Origin: Carpediemonas membranifera BICM
Lineage: Eukaryota; Protista; Fornicata
Direction: 5' to 3'
Length of the DNA: 64,000 nucleotides
Assembly: GCA_019828565.1 (NCBI GenBank)
Contig: JAHDYR010000053.1
Coordinates: 1 to 64,000, forward strand
How positions within the stretch are numbered: the stretch's first letter is position 1; each line of letters opens with the position of its first letter. The notes under the pieces were generated by a model, which worked only from the letters and a program-made list of their open reading frames with translations, was not told the DNA's origin and searched no databases. Made by a program: the position numbers and the translations under genes. Shown one piece after another: positions 1 to 10,708 of this stretch.

Positions 1-762
1 TGAAGAAGTTCTGCTATGACGAAGCCGGCTTGTCGCGACGAGAACTGGGCCATAGAACTGAAATCGGCATCCGAATATCGCGGCACGCATGGGTATTTAC
101 CCCCAGAAATGTTCAAAGTGTGTTCGTGTTCGGTCATTCCGCCGTCAACGAGCGCCATACGAGACCTCCAAGCATACGCGCATGACTGCATCGGCTCTTC
201 CCGCCTGTTCTTCATGTCGTCACACCTGCCTCCGACATTTACTCGTGCGGTGTAGTCAGTGCTCTTTTACGGTCTCCCAAGTCCCCTTGCCGCGAAGGTG
301 ACTGACATGGCGCAGATCGACAACAAGAAGAAGAATAAGATGCTGAAGCTTGGTAGCTTGCTGAACTGGTGCCACTTCTATGGTGGGCAGTTGCAGTTGT
401 CACGTAAGACACTCGAACCGCTCAGAGATTGTCTCAACTTCGTGAACGTGAACTCTGCACTACCGATTCGCGGCACAACGCCACCCACTTGCCTCGGAAT
501 GTACGACCTGGCAATGCAGATGCTCCACTTCGACCCAACGAAGCGTCCCACTGCTGCCGAATGTCTTGACAAGCTCAAGGTCATCATGCGCGTGCATGAA
601 TGCGTCGCCAAGCCGAGTCCGCTTCTGTTAGATGACACTGAACAGGTCTTACTCTCTGTAGATCAGCGAAAGAGAATGGTCGACTGCTGCCAACTGGGGT
701 CCTGGAGGAAAAGTTTAGAGATGCGATTCGAAAGGGTCGTAGCATTGAACTCGAAACCATGA
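1..762 (+). CDS. Protein kinase C-lobe fragment (5' end outside window; split over ORFs 16..255 and 259..762)
   Basis: YRGTHGYLPPEMF resembles kinase subdomain VIII (GT-x-x-Y-x-x-PE); DLAMQMLHFDPTKRPTAAECL resembles subdomain XI. A stop at 253-255 implies a short intron or decay. Confidence 0.65.
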
Positions 763-2731
763 GTCCTAAGAACACCGGCGCATGCCCAACACTCACCCCG
801 GTGGGGCCTGGCCGTGGTTTGAACATATACCGACACATAACTGGGTAAATACGTAAATGTTGTGCGAAAATTGCGTCTTGTTCTGCACAGAGCGATGACG
901 AAACTAAAACGGAACAAGAAGAGGCCTGAAGATTTAACTGCCCGGCGGTGCAGGTTCGTCAAGTGGCCGGAGATGCCGCTTCCAGTAAGGTGTATGCCGT
1001 ACAGCTCGCCGTATCCATCTCCGTGCCCGTCTCCATCCCCCCACTCCGCCTTCAACGCCAGCCCCCGCCACGCCTGTTGTAAGTCCGCCTCCATCTCCTG
1101 TCCGCAGTTCACCACCGAGTCTCGAAATCGAATCACCTCACTACCATGATTCCCCGCAATACCATGATGTATGTGATGACCATTAAACGATCTCCTTCTA
1201 TACAATGACTTCTGAAGCCGTCCGACCAACGGCACAGAACGGTTTATAGCATGCATATGATCCATTCTGGTGCCTTTATCCTCTATAACCAACATCAGTC
1301 CATCAAAATGAATCTTGCAACAGAATACTCATCCACACGCATCGAGAACGAAAAAGAAGCATATAACCAACATCAACAACCTAATAGAAGGCTGCATGCA
1401 AGCGTAGAGCTCTCCTAGTCGATTCTTCAATTTATCAAGCATCAATCTCCACGTCAGGATGAAACTGTGCGCCCAAAAGCTCAGAGATGCCGTTATAGAT
1501 GATATAACGACGTCTCTGAGCTTTTCAGCGATGTCAGTTTCTGGCCACGTCCAAGTTCGGCTCTGCGAAAATAACAGTGCATTGCACTATAAGTCATACA
1601 TTTGGAATACAGCAATGCACTGTTATTTTCGCCAAAACCACGCTGACCTACCATTGTCCATGGGCTTGACGGGGGTGATCTTCTCGGCTTGGATTTGGCT
1701 GAAACTTGGTATATGTGTAGTATTTGATATGTTAGGACGGATCCAAGATTTTTTTACATATCGTTCGAGTCTATTTACCGAGATATACGTAAAGCAAAAT
1801 TAGGGTTGAGTCTATTCTGGCTGAAAAGCGGTATGGTGGGTTCTCTGACTGTCTGAACACGGCTCCAGAAGTTTTACGTGATGAATTGGCATATTTATAT
1901 TGCTTTGCGTAAACAGAAAATTTTGACAGTACCTACAATCAACTACCTGCATATACATGCTATAAACATGCTTAAAATGCCTTCAGTCGTACGTGCTATA
2001 TACTAAAGCTCTTCCTGCATCTTATTTCGAAAGAACAAAATATTCACTCTGAAAATAACACTGCATTGCTGTGAAATTTTGGAAAAGATGCTAGATATCA
2101 CTATTCTACGCAGCTGGATTCGTGAGCATCATGAGAAGACCGTTAGGATTGCTTCTGCTGCACCTGGTCAAGAGCGTAAGGCTATTCGAGCAGATAAGAG
2201 TATGTTCGAGAGATGGTTCGCACTCCGGACGAATAAGAGCCGCTTGGAGCACCTCAAAGGAGCACAAAGTGATAACGAAGACAGCCCTGAGATGCGCGCT
2301 GGTCGATAACATCGTCATTGACGAGATTCGTGATGTGTTTGGTCTCGCTGGCCGAGTTTCACTAATGGATCTCATCAACAAGGCTTCCCTTCCCGAGCTC
2401 ATGGCCATTAGTGACGACCTTGCCCGGCCCGAGCTGTCTAAGGTTCCTGCAGGCTTGTTTATGGAGGATGATCAGGTTGAAATCGTGCGGAAGCAGTTTT
2501 TGACCACTACACCGGATCAGCGATCACCTTTGAGGATAACCGCGAGGCTGTCATGCCGTCACATCGTGGCTCTATTCATCTAGAAGGAACAGGCCGTCTC
2601 TTTCTTCCAGATCAAGTCAACCTGATCCTTCGCGCTCTCTTCGTCGCCCCTGAGGGCACTGTCGAGGCCCGCCGCGTGCATTCCCCTACGAGGACATTCT
2701 TTCTGGTTGCAAGAATGATCCGGGAAGCGAT

Positions 2732-3703
2732 GTGACATCAGCCCAGCTTGAGCGGTTGCGTCGAGATGTTGCCAAGGCAGCCGCCGAAGCTATTCAGGCA
2801 AGGAATGACCGCGAGGAAGCCATACACTCGCTTGAACTCGTTACTGCATCCTATGCGCAAGATACAGGGCATGCATATGTGACACCACCCGCCAGCGACG
2901 CCGTGGAATTTTCCGACACTGACGAGGACGAGTCCGATGGCCACGCTGAACCGGCCGCCATGCAGGGTGACGGCGTTCCTTTGCCCCAGACTGATCAAGA
3001 CGTCGAAGTAGAGTCCGATGTGGACGACACAGACACCGTTGGTCTCCAGACGGTTTACGATGTTGATGCAGAGGCCGATCATGACGTCCGCGAGCCAGTG
3101 TCCCTGCTTAATCACAGCTTAGCACAGCTAGACGACACCATTGCAGGCCTTGATGATGTACCCGAGTCTGTGCGCTTGTTGGAGCAGTACGAGCCCTTGA
3201 TGAAACGGCTTGCTGAGGAGAGGGAGGCGAGGGAGGCGCTTGAACAGGCTAACAGAGATTCTGAGGAGTCCCAGAAGAGACTAGAAGCTGAGTTAGGTCA
3301 GCAGAAGGGCGAGGATCAGGCGATCCATCAGTTTACTCAAGCAGAGTTGGCACGCGCGAGTGAGGCTGGGCTTGAAGCACTCGCCGATGAACTCGAAGAC
3401 AACTGGGCGGAGCTTATCAGGCGCGCCGAGGAGGCAACAATCGAGCTTGACCGCTACGTTGCTCTCGCTGCCTTGATGGAACTGTTCCAGAGGAACAATG
3501 TGGCTGGAGCTTTGTGGACTCGGATCAATAGCACCATGATGAGGTACGGGGGCCAGAAGTTCATAACGGTCCCACCCCTAGACCTCGGTCTTACGCCTGA
3601 GATGAAGGCTATCATCGCACAGCACTCTCGAGAGAAGAAGACAAAAGCTCGTGTAACACAGGGAGAGAAGCTGGAGTTTCCCCTGGAAGGGCGTTCATGC
3701 TAG
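2732..3703 (+). CDS. Acidic/coiled-coil hypothetical protein (possibly joined to broken ORFs 2079-2735)
   Basis: 323-aa ORF, D/E-rich with a heptad-like region. PLDLGLTPEMKAIIAQHS matches PIDLNFTPEMKDIIAQHS in ORF 55099..57150. Confidence 0.55.
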   Translation: MTSAQLERLRRDVAKAAAEAIQARNDREEAIHSLELVTASYAQDTGHAYVTPPASDAVEFSDTDEDESDGHAEPAAMQGDGVPLPQTDQDVEVESDVDDTDTVGLQTVYDVDAEADHDVREPVSLLNHSLAQLDDTIAGLDDVPESVRLLEQYEPLMKRLAEEREAREALEQANRDSEESQKRLEAELGQQKGEDQAIHQFTQAELARASEAGLEALADELEDNWAELIRRAEEATIELDRYVALAALMELFQRNNVAGALWTRINSTMMRYGGQKFITVPPLDLGLTPEMKAIIAQHSREKKTKARVTQGEKLEFPLEGRSC

Positions 3704-4190
3704 TGGAGCAGTTGAAGTAAATGGGCACGGCGACAGGGCGGAACAAGCAACCGCGAAATAGAGATATCAGGTCATCCCTGACATTGTATGGCGAGAACTG
3801 TTCTCAGTCTCCGCTTTGGGAGCTCTAAGATCAGTCTGAGATGAGTTACAGATGTCCACACGGTATTCGTCAAACTGAGCACTTCTCCAAATGAAATGTA
3901 CTCGTGCTGCTTTAATGAGTCTTTGTTGTAGTCATAAACATAAGCAGCACCAATTGCCTTCATTTTGCCTGTTTCTGCCATTATTGATCTGCATATTGAT
4001 TCCAAGCGACTATCTAAACAAAAGCGGCTTTGAATTTCTTCAACAATGCCAATTCCGCGCATAATGTCCGATGAAATGCTGACCACTTGTGATGCAGCTC
4101 CCTCAGGCGTTTCTAGATGTGGTTTCATTGGTTTCATTCTCAGTGACACCCTTTACATAATTCATTTACGTTATAAACATATCGAACGAA

Positions 4191-5422
4191 ATGAAGCAAG
4201 TGCCGAAAAAGAAGTCTCCTGGAACCTATCGCGCGTTCACTGGTCATGATCTTACTACAAATCTTTCAAAGATCACTTTTCGGGCCATGTTGACATGCTT
4301 CTTTGTCATTGTCGATGATATCGACGTAGACAGTGGCCTCTCACTGGGAATGCCCAAAGACTCCGTGTTATCGGCCTATAACACTGTCGTGTCGAACTTG
4401 CTTGTCCCTGTGTACGGTGGTTTTGTTGCTTTGAAGAAGAAGAACTTCAACGAGAAGGGGTTGCTAGACTGGGCGAGAGATTTGGGTTATAAGCTCGGTT
4501 ACACCAAGACTAAGCCGATCATCTACCACCAGTTGACGCCGAAAGAGAAGCCTAGCGCCAAGGATCTGTCAGTTTTCATGAAGGAGATGGCGAATGTCCT
4601 CAGACTAGCCAACGCCCCTGATATGGACATCGAGAACCTGAAGAAGATGAAGTTCATCTTCCCGACAGGTCTACTTCTTGATGCCAGGCAAAGATATCAC
4701 AAGCAAAGCGTGCAGACCAAAAAGGCTGAGGGGAGATGAACCCAGCTTTCCTGCGTCTCCAATCAAATCTGAGTCACTGCTCAACGATAACAGCCTTCTT
4801 GGATCCATTAAGACTGAAAGAGATGCGAAGACTCCCGCTCGTGACTCTTCTCTGACAAATCCTTCGGTCCAACACCAAATGATCCAGGATCTTCACCAAT
4901 ACGTTGTTGGTGAACGAAAGTTCGATATGGCACATCAGCAAGAGCTGAAGCGTCCTACTGCTGATGACAGTGATGACAGTGATGTCAGCATTGCTGAGAA
5001 AGACAGGTCCGCTGATTTCTTTCGATATGTTTATGCGTCAACTAGCATTTTGCTGCGGGCATTGCACTTCCCCGGATTGGTTGGGCAATCCGGAGAACGA
5101 AACTGACTTCGCCCAGTGCGGATCATGCAACCGCTACTACCATGGGAGGTGCGTGAGGTGGCTCAGCAATGGGAAGAAGGCCATTACCAATTTCACGTGT
5201 CCGGATTGTGCTGCTGCTTCTGAATGCACCCGCTGCAAGGCTAAGATCAAATCGTCAAAGGGAAGGGACTCTTTCTTCTGCAACATGTGCAAATCTTGGT
5301 ATTGCAAGCCATGCGGTGTGGCCATGTGGGAGACCTCGATTGATGGAACCGTTGCCAGGTTCTTATTTTGCCAGGTCTGCAAGGAAAGCCTCCTGGCACT
5401 GAATCCGAGTCTGGCATTGTGA
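4191..5422 (+). CDS. PHD-finger protein with a second Cys-rich finger, spread over three overlapping frames (4191..4739, 4678..5106, 4964..5422)
   Basis: C4HC3 pattern CGHC...CGSCNRYYHGRC...CPDC, then CTRC/CNMC/CKPC/CQVC. N- and C-terminal parts both align with the paralog at 61555-62838. Confidence 0.7.
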
Positions 5423-5635
5423 GGAGTAAAGGAAGGAAGAAGCGATCCAGCCTTTATGTAATTTAATCACTTGCGGCTTATCTACATACAGCGGCCGGCC
5501 GGGGTTAGCCACTCACTGGGGTCAACATCATCCCACGGCAGCAAATTCGCTGCAGTAGATTGACTGTCGTCCCCGCTGGGGAAGGTGGGGAAGGTGTGGA
5601 GACGTTTCTATTACGCGTTTATTGGGCAATGTGGG

Positions 5636-7195
5636 TCAAACAACAATTTCTGCTGGTATTGGTTTCTCATACAACGGCATCCATGGAAGAGTTGGTGTCC
5701 ACCGCAGAATATTGTTGTACGCGTACCACCGTTTGTTGAGTGGGTTGAACAGCCAGTAAGTGCTGGGGGACTTATCCATCAGTGTCACTGCATATTTTGA
5801 TGCCTCAAAGCGCGCAATAGCAGGAAACCCATGCGATTGTCTCGAAACCACAGTTTGTCTGCTCCCGCCGTCTACTCGCACATAGATAAGGACGTTGTTG
5901 GGCAATAGCACAAACTTGGAAAGTGGGTACAACCTATACACCTCATGTTCGCTGCAAGGAATCGGGTTTGGGTCCAAAAATAGAGATCGGACAATGTTGG
6001 GGATGAGTCGGGATCTACCGATGAGATAGCAATCATTGCCAGATCTAACGATCATAAACCTAGACTGTGCAACAAAGATGATTGCGTCGATCCAGACAGG
6101 TGTCCTCCTGAACCCCGGATGGGCGACATCCGTCATGTCATCAGCGGGAATATGACCAGTGGTATTACCGGTGAAGAACTGGGCTGGGACTATATTCTTT
6201 GTCTTGGATGCCCGGACCGTTCCGGACAAGATAACAAGTCCAGGCACGGCCCTGATCCCTCCAAGATTGACGGGAAGTTTCACCTTAGCAAACGAAGAGA
6301 ATCGGTGAGTGAGGGCCACATCGTGTCCAAACCAAGCCATCATATTAACGCCATACTCCTGAGAAGGCGCTGTAACGAGCACCCCGTGCATTGTGTGCAA
6401 CATGATGTAAGTGTTGCAGTGGCAGTCAAGAACAAATCGATGCCTGCACCACAGATGCATCTTGGCAAGCTTCTCAGCTATGGCTGCGGGGAAAACCGCC
6501 TGATGGACAGATGTAACACGAGCGAACCACAAGTTGCCAATGTAGAACGCCTTGCTGGTTGAGAAGAAGAAACACTTGCCATCAGACCAGAACCGCATGA
6601 TCCGGTGACGGAATGAACGATGATTGTCGTGGAAGACAAACCCACAATAATGCACGAGCTCTGATGCATCATAGCTCTTGATGACAGTCCGATCTCTCTT
6701 AGCAACACTATGTGAAAACATGAACTTCCTGCACATGAACCAGAGAGCGCTCGAGTCACCATCGGTCACCGTCCTCAGTATGGCCCACAACGTCCCTTGT
6801 ATAAGCGTGTGAAGACGGTCGGGCAGCGATTCGCCTTCGCGAAGCTGAACATCCATGCTTAGCTGTGGATGGCTTCGCAGTTTGATGACGCGAGAGAGAA
6901 TCCGGGCAACCTGCGATGCCTGATCCGAATTCTCAAGCTCTTGCGCGTGAAGACAAGCAAGCTGAAGCATGTCATCAAACGTCTCCAGGTCTTGAAAGAT
7001 GTGATAGAAATGCGAACGCGCAGGGAACATAAAGAAGACCCTTGTGGCTTGTTCTAAATAGCCCGGCAGGTTGTTGGGCAAAGTTTTGCACAGGACACAA
7101 GAGTTCCAGTAAAGGTCACAAACACTGAGCGACAATTGTCTGTGATTAGAATCAGTCATGTTCCCCCTATAGCTGTTCTTAAACTGCACTGCCAA
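5636..7195 (-). CDS. Hypothetical 519-aa protein; C-terminal half rich in short beta-strand/turn patterns (possible beta-propeller, RCC1/BLIP-II-like)
   Basis: Long ORF with repeated hydrophobic strand-Gly patterns (CFFFSTSKAFYIG, FMIVRSGNDCYLIG). The fold is inferred only. Confidence 0.45.
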   Translation of the reverse strand: MAVQFKNSYRGNMTDSNHRQLSLSVCDLYWNSCVLCKTLPNNLPGYLEQATRVFFMFPARSHFYHIFQDLETFDDMLQLACLHAQELENSDQASQVARILSRVIKLRSHPQLSMDVQLREGESLPDRLHTLIQGTLWAILRTVTDGDSSALWFMCRKFMFSHSVAKRDRTVIKSYDASELVHYCGFVFHDNHRSFRHRIMRFWSDGKCFFFSTSKAFYIGNLWFARVTSVHQAVFPAAIAEKLAKMHLWCRHRFVLDCHCNTYIMLHTMHGVLVTAPSQEYGVNMMAWFGHDVALTHRFSSFAKVKLPVNLGGIRAVPGLVILSGTVRASKTKNIVPAQFFTGNTTGHIPADDMTDVAHPGFRRTPVWIDAIIFVAQSRFMIVRSGNDCYLIGRSRLIPNIVRSLFLDPNPIPCSEHEVYRLYPLSKFVLLPNNVLIYVRVDGGSRQTVVSRQSHGFPAIARFEASKYAVTLMDKSPSTYWLFNPLNKRWYAYNNILRWTPTLPWMPLYEKPIPAEIVV

Positions 7196-7285
7196 AAATG
7201 AGGTGGAGAAAATGGCATCGACATTTTTTTACGTAGGACCAATATAAACAGCGAAAAAACGTAAAGGAAACAAAACTGGGAGGAC

Positions 7286-9853
7286 ATGCATATCTCCACA
7301 CAAGCTACTTTGGTCATCTGGAGAATGACACCTTACGGTAACATTCTAGCACCATCAAGCGTTTCCGCCGTCAATGTCATTCTAGCAAACGTTTACACCT
7401 CGATCCAAGGACACCACGCTAATGGCATGGATCGACGGTTCCGTCAATGCGATAAGGATTCGCGTTCGTTGTTCAAGGCTGTCTTGCTATCTCTAACTGA
7501 TGGTGATATTGACAAGAGCATTCTTGATCCTGTCTTTGTTTCCTTGCTTGATGGTAATACGGATCGTTTTCGACGTAACATATGTGCTACTGTCAGAGAG
7601 TACACACCAACATGGTCCCATGCCTTCTCACCTGCGTCGGACGAGAGAGATAGCTTGTGCGAGGACAACCACCTGCTACTCGAGAAGATTGAGAACACCG
7701 AGCATGCATTTCAGTTCGCAATGGCGCTCAAGCGGATCACTGAAGGTGTCAATGTCGTTGATGATGAGGTTACTGTCTTTAACGCGATCGCCAAAAGGCT
7801 GGGTATCCAGACCATGAAGTTTGATGTCTCACATTATGCTCTCAAAGACCTTGGGTGTGATATTAGGAACGTGTTCGGAGTGAAAGAAGCCATGAAAGAT
7901 CACGAGGCAGATTTTTTCGAGAGTCTTGTACCAGACGAGATACACTGTTCGCACAACACGTTTCGTTATGATCAAAACAACCAGAAGTTCCCTCTCGAAC
8001 ATACGACACGTTTCCCAATTGCAGCTGACGCAATAGGCTCCTTGCCGGTTCCGGTCAACAACTACTTACATGATGGAACGCACATTACTATCTTCTTCAA
8101 CAGCGAAGATGAACGAGATCAATGTGTCTCCATGCTTTCCCACCTCAACCCCACCAAGTTGAAAAGCGATCGGTGGGCCTTTGTCAAGTCGGTTAAGTAT
8201 AACATTTCCAGCCGTATTGCACGAGGCATTCAGTCACCACAGTATCTCGAGACAGCCAGAGATATTTGGTATGATACAACGACACATGTTAGCAGAGAAG
8301 CGCGTGTTGAAGCTAGCTACATTCCAGTTGACATTCTCATCTGGTTTGATGCATGGCGAGGGACTACGACCGCTGTCAAATTCAGGCTGATTGACATGAC
8401 AGGAGAGGTCTTTCCGCAGAGAGTGACATCACCATTCAGACTGCTTGAGTACCAGGGAAAGGAGGATCTTTTGCCAACATACTTTGAGTATATTCAGTCT
8501 AACGTGGAAGAGGCAATCCAGAAGTCATTCCAAGTGCGAGAAACTGGAAGGTGGGCAAGAATCAACAGAGTATTGCTGATTGGTGACCACCCTGCCATGT
8601 CGACAGTTGTGGGCTCGCTGCAAGGAGGGCATTATCCATCGCCTTTCCAATCGAATAGTAAGCGAAACATGGGTTGGATGCCGTTTGGCGCCACGTTCCG
8701 GACCACACTTCAGCACGTCCTCCAAGCCAAAGAAGGTAGTATTGCTGAATCTACATCGGGTATTCCAGATCCTGCCGCGCACTGGGGCAGCTTTCTCCTG
8801 GCGACTGACCGAAGGCGTTCGTTGGAATACAGAAGAAGAAGGTTACGTCAAACTCTCTTTGAGGGATCGTCGATTGCTCCTGACAGTGTGTTTCTTATCC
8901 CCCCAATCATGCACTGTTGCCATCATTTCATGGGTCAGGTGGCCCTAATGGCGGGAATGTTCAAACCGCGGAATGACGGCTCACGAGAAGAGAACGCTCA
9001 GTGGGGACGTTATCTGCAATCTATCCAAGATTTCAAACCGCCAGATCGTACAACTGGGTGTAATGAGCATATGTTAGGCCGCAGGTTGATGGCCAACATG
9101 GCAACGACGTACTATCATGCGTTTCCTGTCTCTGTTCAGTCCATCTTCAGACTAATGGGATATCTTTTCTCCCATTATTACTCAACTGCGACAGTGACGG
9201 AAGATATCGTGTGGTGGCATCGAGTTGCTGCACTGTTGGTCCACTTACTCCATGTAAGCCTCTCCTTGGTCACTGATAAGCCCATCCCGGTTCCCACACC
9301 ATCCGAGGCAAAATCAATGCGGCCATTCACTCAGACGCTATATAGCAATGCAATTGTCGCAACCATTCCCGAGATACAAGCCGCAACAATGCTTCCTTTT
9401 GGTGTCATCATTGAGGAGTACTTCGAGAGAGACTTCATTGGCAACCAGGATGCTCGTGTACATTTGAGGAGGAACACAGTTCTGCAGCAAGTTATTCTGA
9501 GAGAACAAGCGGAGATGTTCTATCGGTTCCTGCGCGGTCCTGTATCTTATGGTCGACGTGAGGGCCACGTACCACTTCTTTCCCCTCTGATCAGCCTCCG
9601 AGTACACAAATGTTGCAAAGATCACGCTCAATGGATTCGTATTCAACAGGATATGACAGAAACGTTGCCAAAGTCTGATGTCAACGATCTGAATAGAAAA
9701 TTCGAGCAGAACGTCGCTCATTTGTGGGAAAGCATGCTGAGACGAGCGCGAAAGTCATGGAACAATGAAGACTGGCTGTTTATCAAGGTTCGGGATGATC
9801 GTGAGAACGGTGTTCGTCTTGACGTGTGTCTATGCAGAGAAGGCTGTCCATAA
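7286..9853 (+). CDS. Putative DDE transposase, divergent Transib/RAG1-like
   Basis: 855-aa ORF with candidate triad IWFD / LIGDHP / IIEEYFE and PPIMH. TLYSNAIVATIPEI-x5-LPFGVIIEEYFE follows the recalled RAG1/Transib pattern T-x-Y-x-H-x4-H-x-PEI...G-x3-(S/E)E-x2-E. A paralog starts at about 63.1 kb. Confidence 0.6.
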   Translation: MHISTQATLVIWRMTPYGNILAPSSVSAVNVILANVYTSIQGHHANGMDRRFRQCDKDSRSLFKAVLLSLTDGDIDKSILDPVFVSLLDGNTDRFRRNICATVREYTPTWSHAFSPASDERDSLCEDNHLLLEKIENTEHAFQFAMALKRITEGVNVVDDEVTVFNAIAKRLGIQTMKFDVSHYALKDLGCDIRNVFGVKEAMKDHEADFFESLVPDEIHCSHNTFRYDQNNQKFPLEHTTRFPIAADAIGSLPVPVNNYLHDGTHITIFFNSEDERDQCVSMLSHLNPTKLKSDRWAFVKSVKYNISSRIARGIQSPQYLETARDIWYDTTTHVSREARVEASYIPVDILIWFDAWRGTTTAVKFRLIDMTGEVFPQRVTSPFRLLEYQGKEDLLPTYFEYIQSNVEEAIQKSFQVRETGRWARINRVLLIGDHPAMSTVVGSLQGGHYPSPFQSNSKRNMGWMPFGATFRTTLQHVLQAKEGSIAESTSGIPDPAAHWGSFLLATDRRRSLEYRRRRLRQTLFEGSSIAPDSVFLIPPIMHCCHHFMGQVALMAGMFKPRNDGSREENAQWGRYLQSIQDFKPPDRTTGCNEHMLGRRLMANMATTYYHAFPVSVQSIFRLMGYLFSHYYSTATVTEDIVWWHRVAALLVHLLHVSLSLVTDKPIPVPTPSEAKSMRPFTQTLYSNAIVATIPEIQAATMLPFGVIIEEYFERDFIGNQDARVHLRRNTVLQQVILREQAEMFYRFLRGPVSYGRREGHVPLLSPLISLRVHKCCKDHAQWIRIQQDMTETLPKSDVNDLNRKFEQNVAHLWESMLRRARKSWNNEDWLFIKVRDDRENGVRLDVCLCREGCP

Positions 9854-10443
9854 ATCGTAGTTGTATTTAGCGGGGGAGACAATAATCAACCACACGCCCG
9901 ACCAAGCAGGAAAGTGACGCCCCTGGGATTGACGGGGAAACCCCGCATATTCCGGCAGCAAAACTTCGCTGAAACGGAACCACATAATTACTTGACTGAT
10001 TTTTGGATCTTAGAGAAGACTTGACGCGCATAAACTCAGGTTGATCGTCAAGATCTCCGAAAGGAACGCAACTGCTGCCTAAATCACCTTTTATCATTAT
10101 TAGTCGGTTCAGCTTTTTTTCTCGCAAGTCCGTCATCATTTCGTGACATAATCCGCGGGATCCGTAGCGAACGATGACTCCTCGGAAAAAAACACATAGT
10201 TGTGCTCTACACTTGACCTACATTCCAAATATTCACTTTGTTCTTTCCAACGGCTCAGTTTTGTCATGCGTTGACCGACCAAGAATGTGAGCGTACACTG
10301 ACACTATTGGTTGCATGATGTGAAACATCGTGTATTGCGTACATGAACAAAGTTTTAAGCTGTTATGACTCGTATTCGTTGAGATATGGCTGTTTGTTCA
10401 TACGCCTAAAAATGCACACATGGTCAAATCTGTCGAAACAAAA

Positions 10444-10578
10444 AGAATTGGGAATATCTCGGGAATGACACGTTGCCGTTTTTCAAAAATCGGGCAAGCC
10501 CAACGAATGATAGTATGGGATCGCCTGCATCATTTGCAAAAAACGGCAACGTGTCAATCTCTAGATATCGCCAATTCT
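10444..10578. repeat. Imperfect ~40-bp inverted repeat with ~55-bp spacer
   Basis: AGAATTGGGAATATCTCGGGAATGACACGTTGCCGTTTTT (10444-10483) pairs with AAAAACGGCAACGTGTCAATCTCTAGATATCGCCAATTCT (10539-10578); the 18-bp core TGACACGTTGCCGTTTTT is perfect. Confidence 0.85.
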
Positions 10579-10708
10579 GCATAAAAACTTTTTTTTGCAA
10601 GGCATAGAACTCTACACTGTGAGCACTAGTGTATTAGTGCTTGCAGAAGCGGTTACTTGAGTCGATGAAGTATACGCACATGACATAATTAATTAAAACA
10701 GTTTAATA

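Noticed and set aside
663-1803. ORFs 663..1295, 862..1149 and 1459..1803, plus the many short antisense ORFs across GC-rich elements
   Set aside because: They have no motifs and are low-complexity or shadows of real ORFs on the opposite strand.
5636-7195. RAG2-like kelch propeller gene
   Set aside because: No GG-containing kelch repeats or fused PHD, it is head-to-head rather than convergent with the transposase, and it is absent from that position in the paralogous module.
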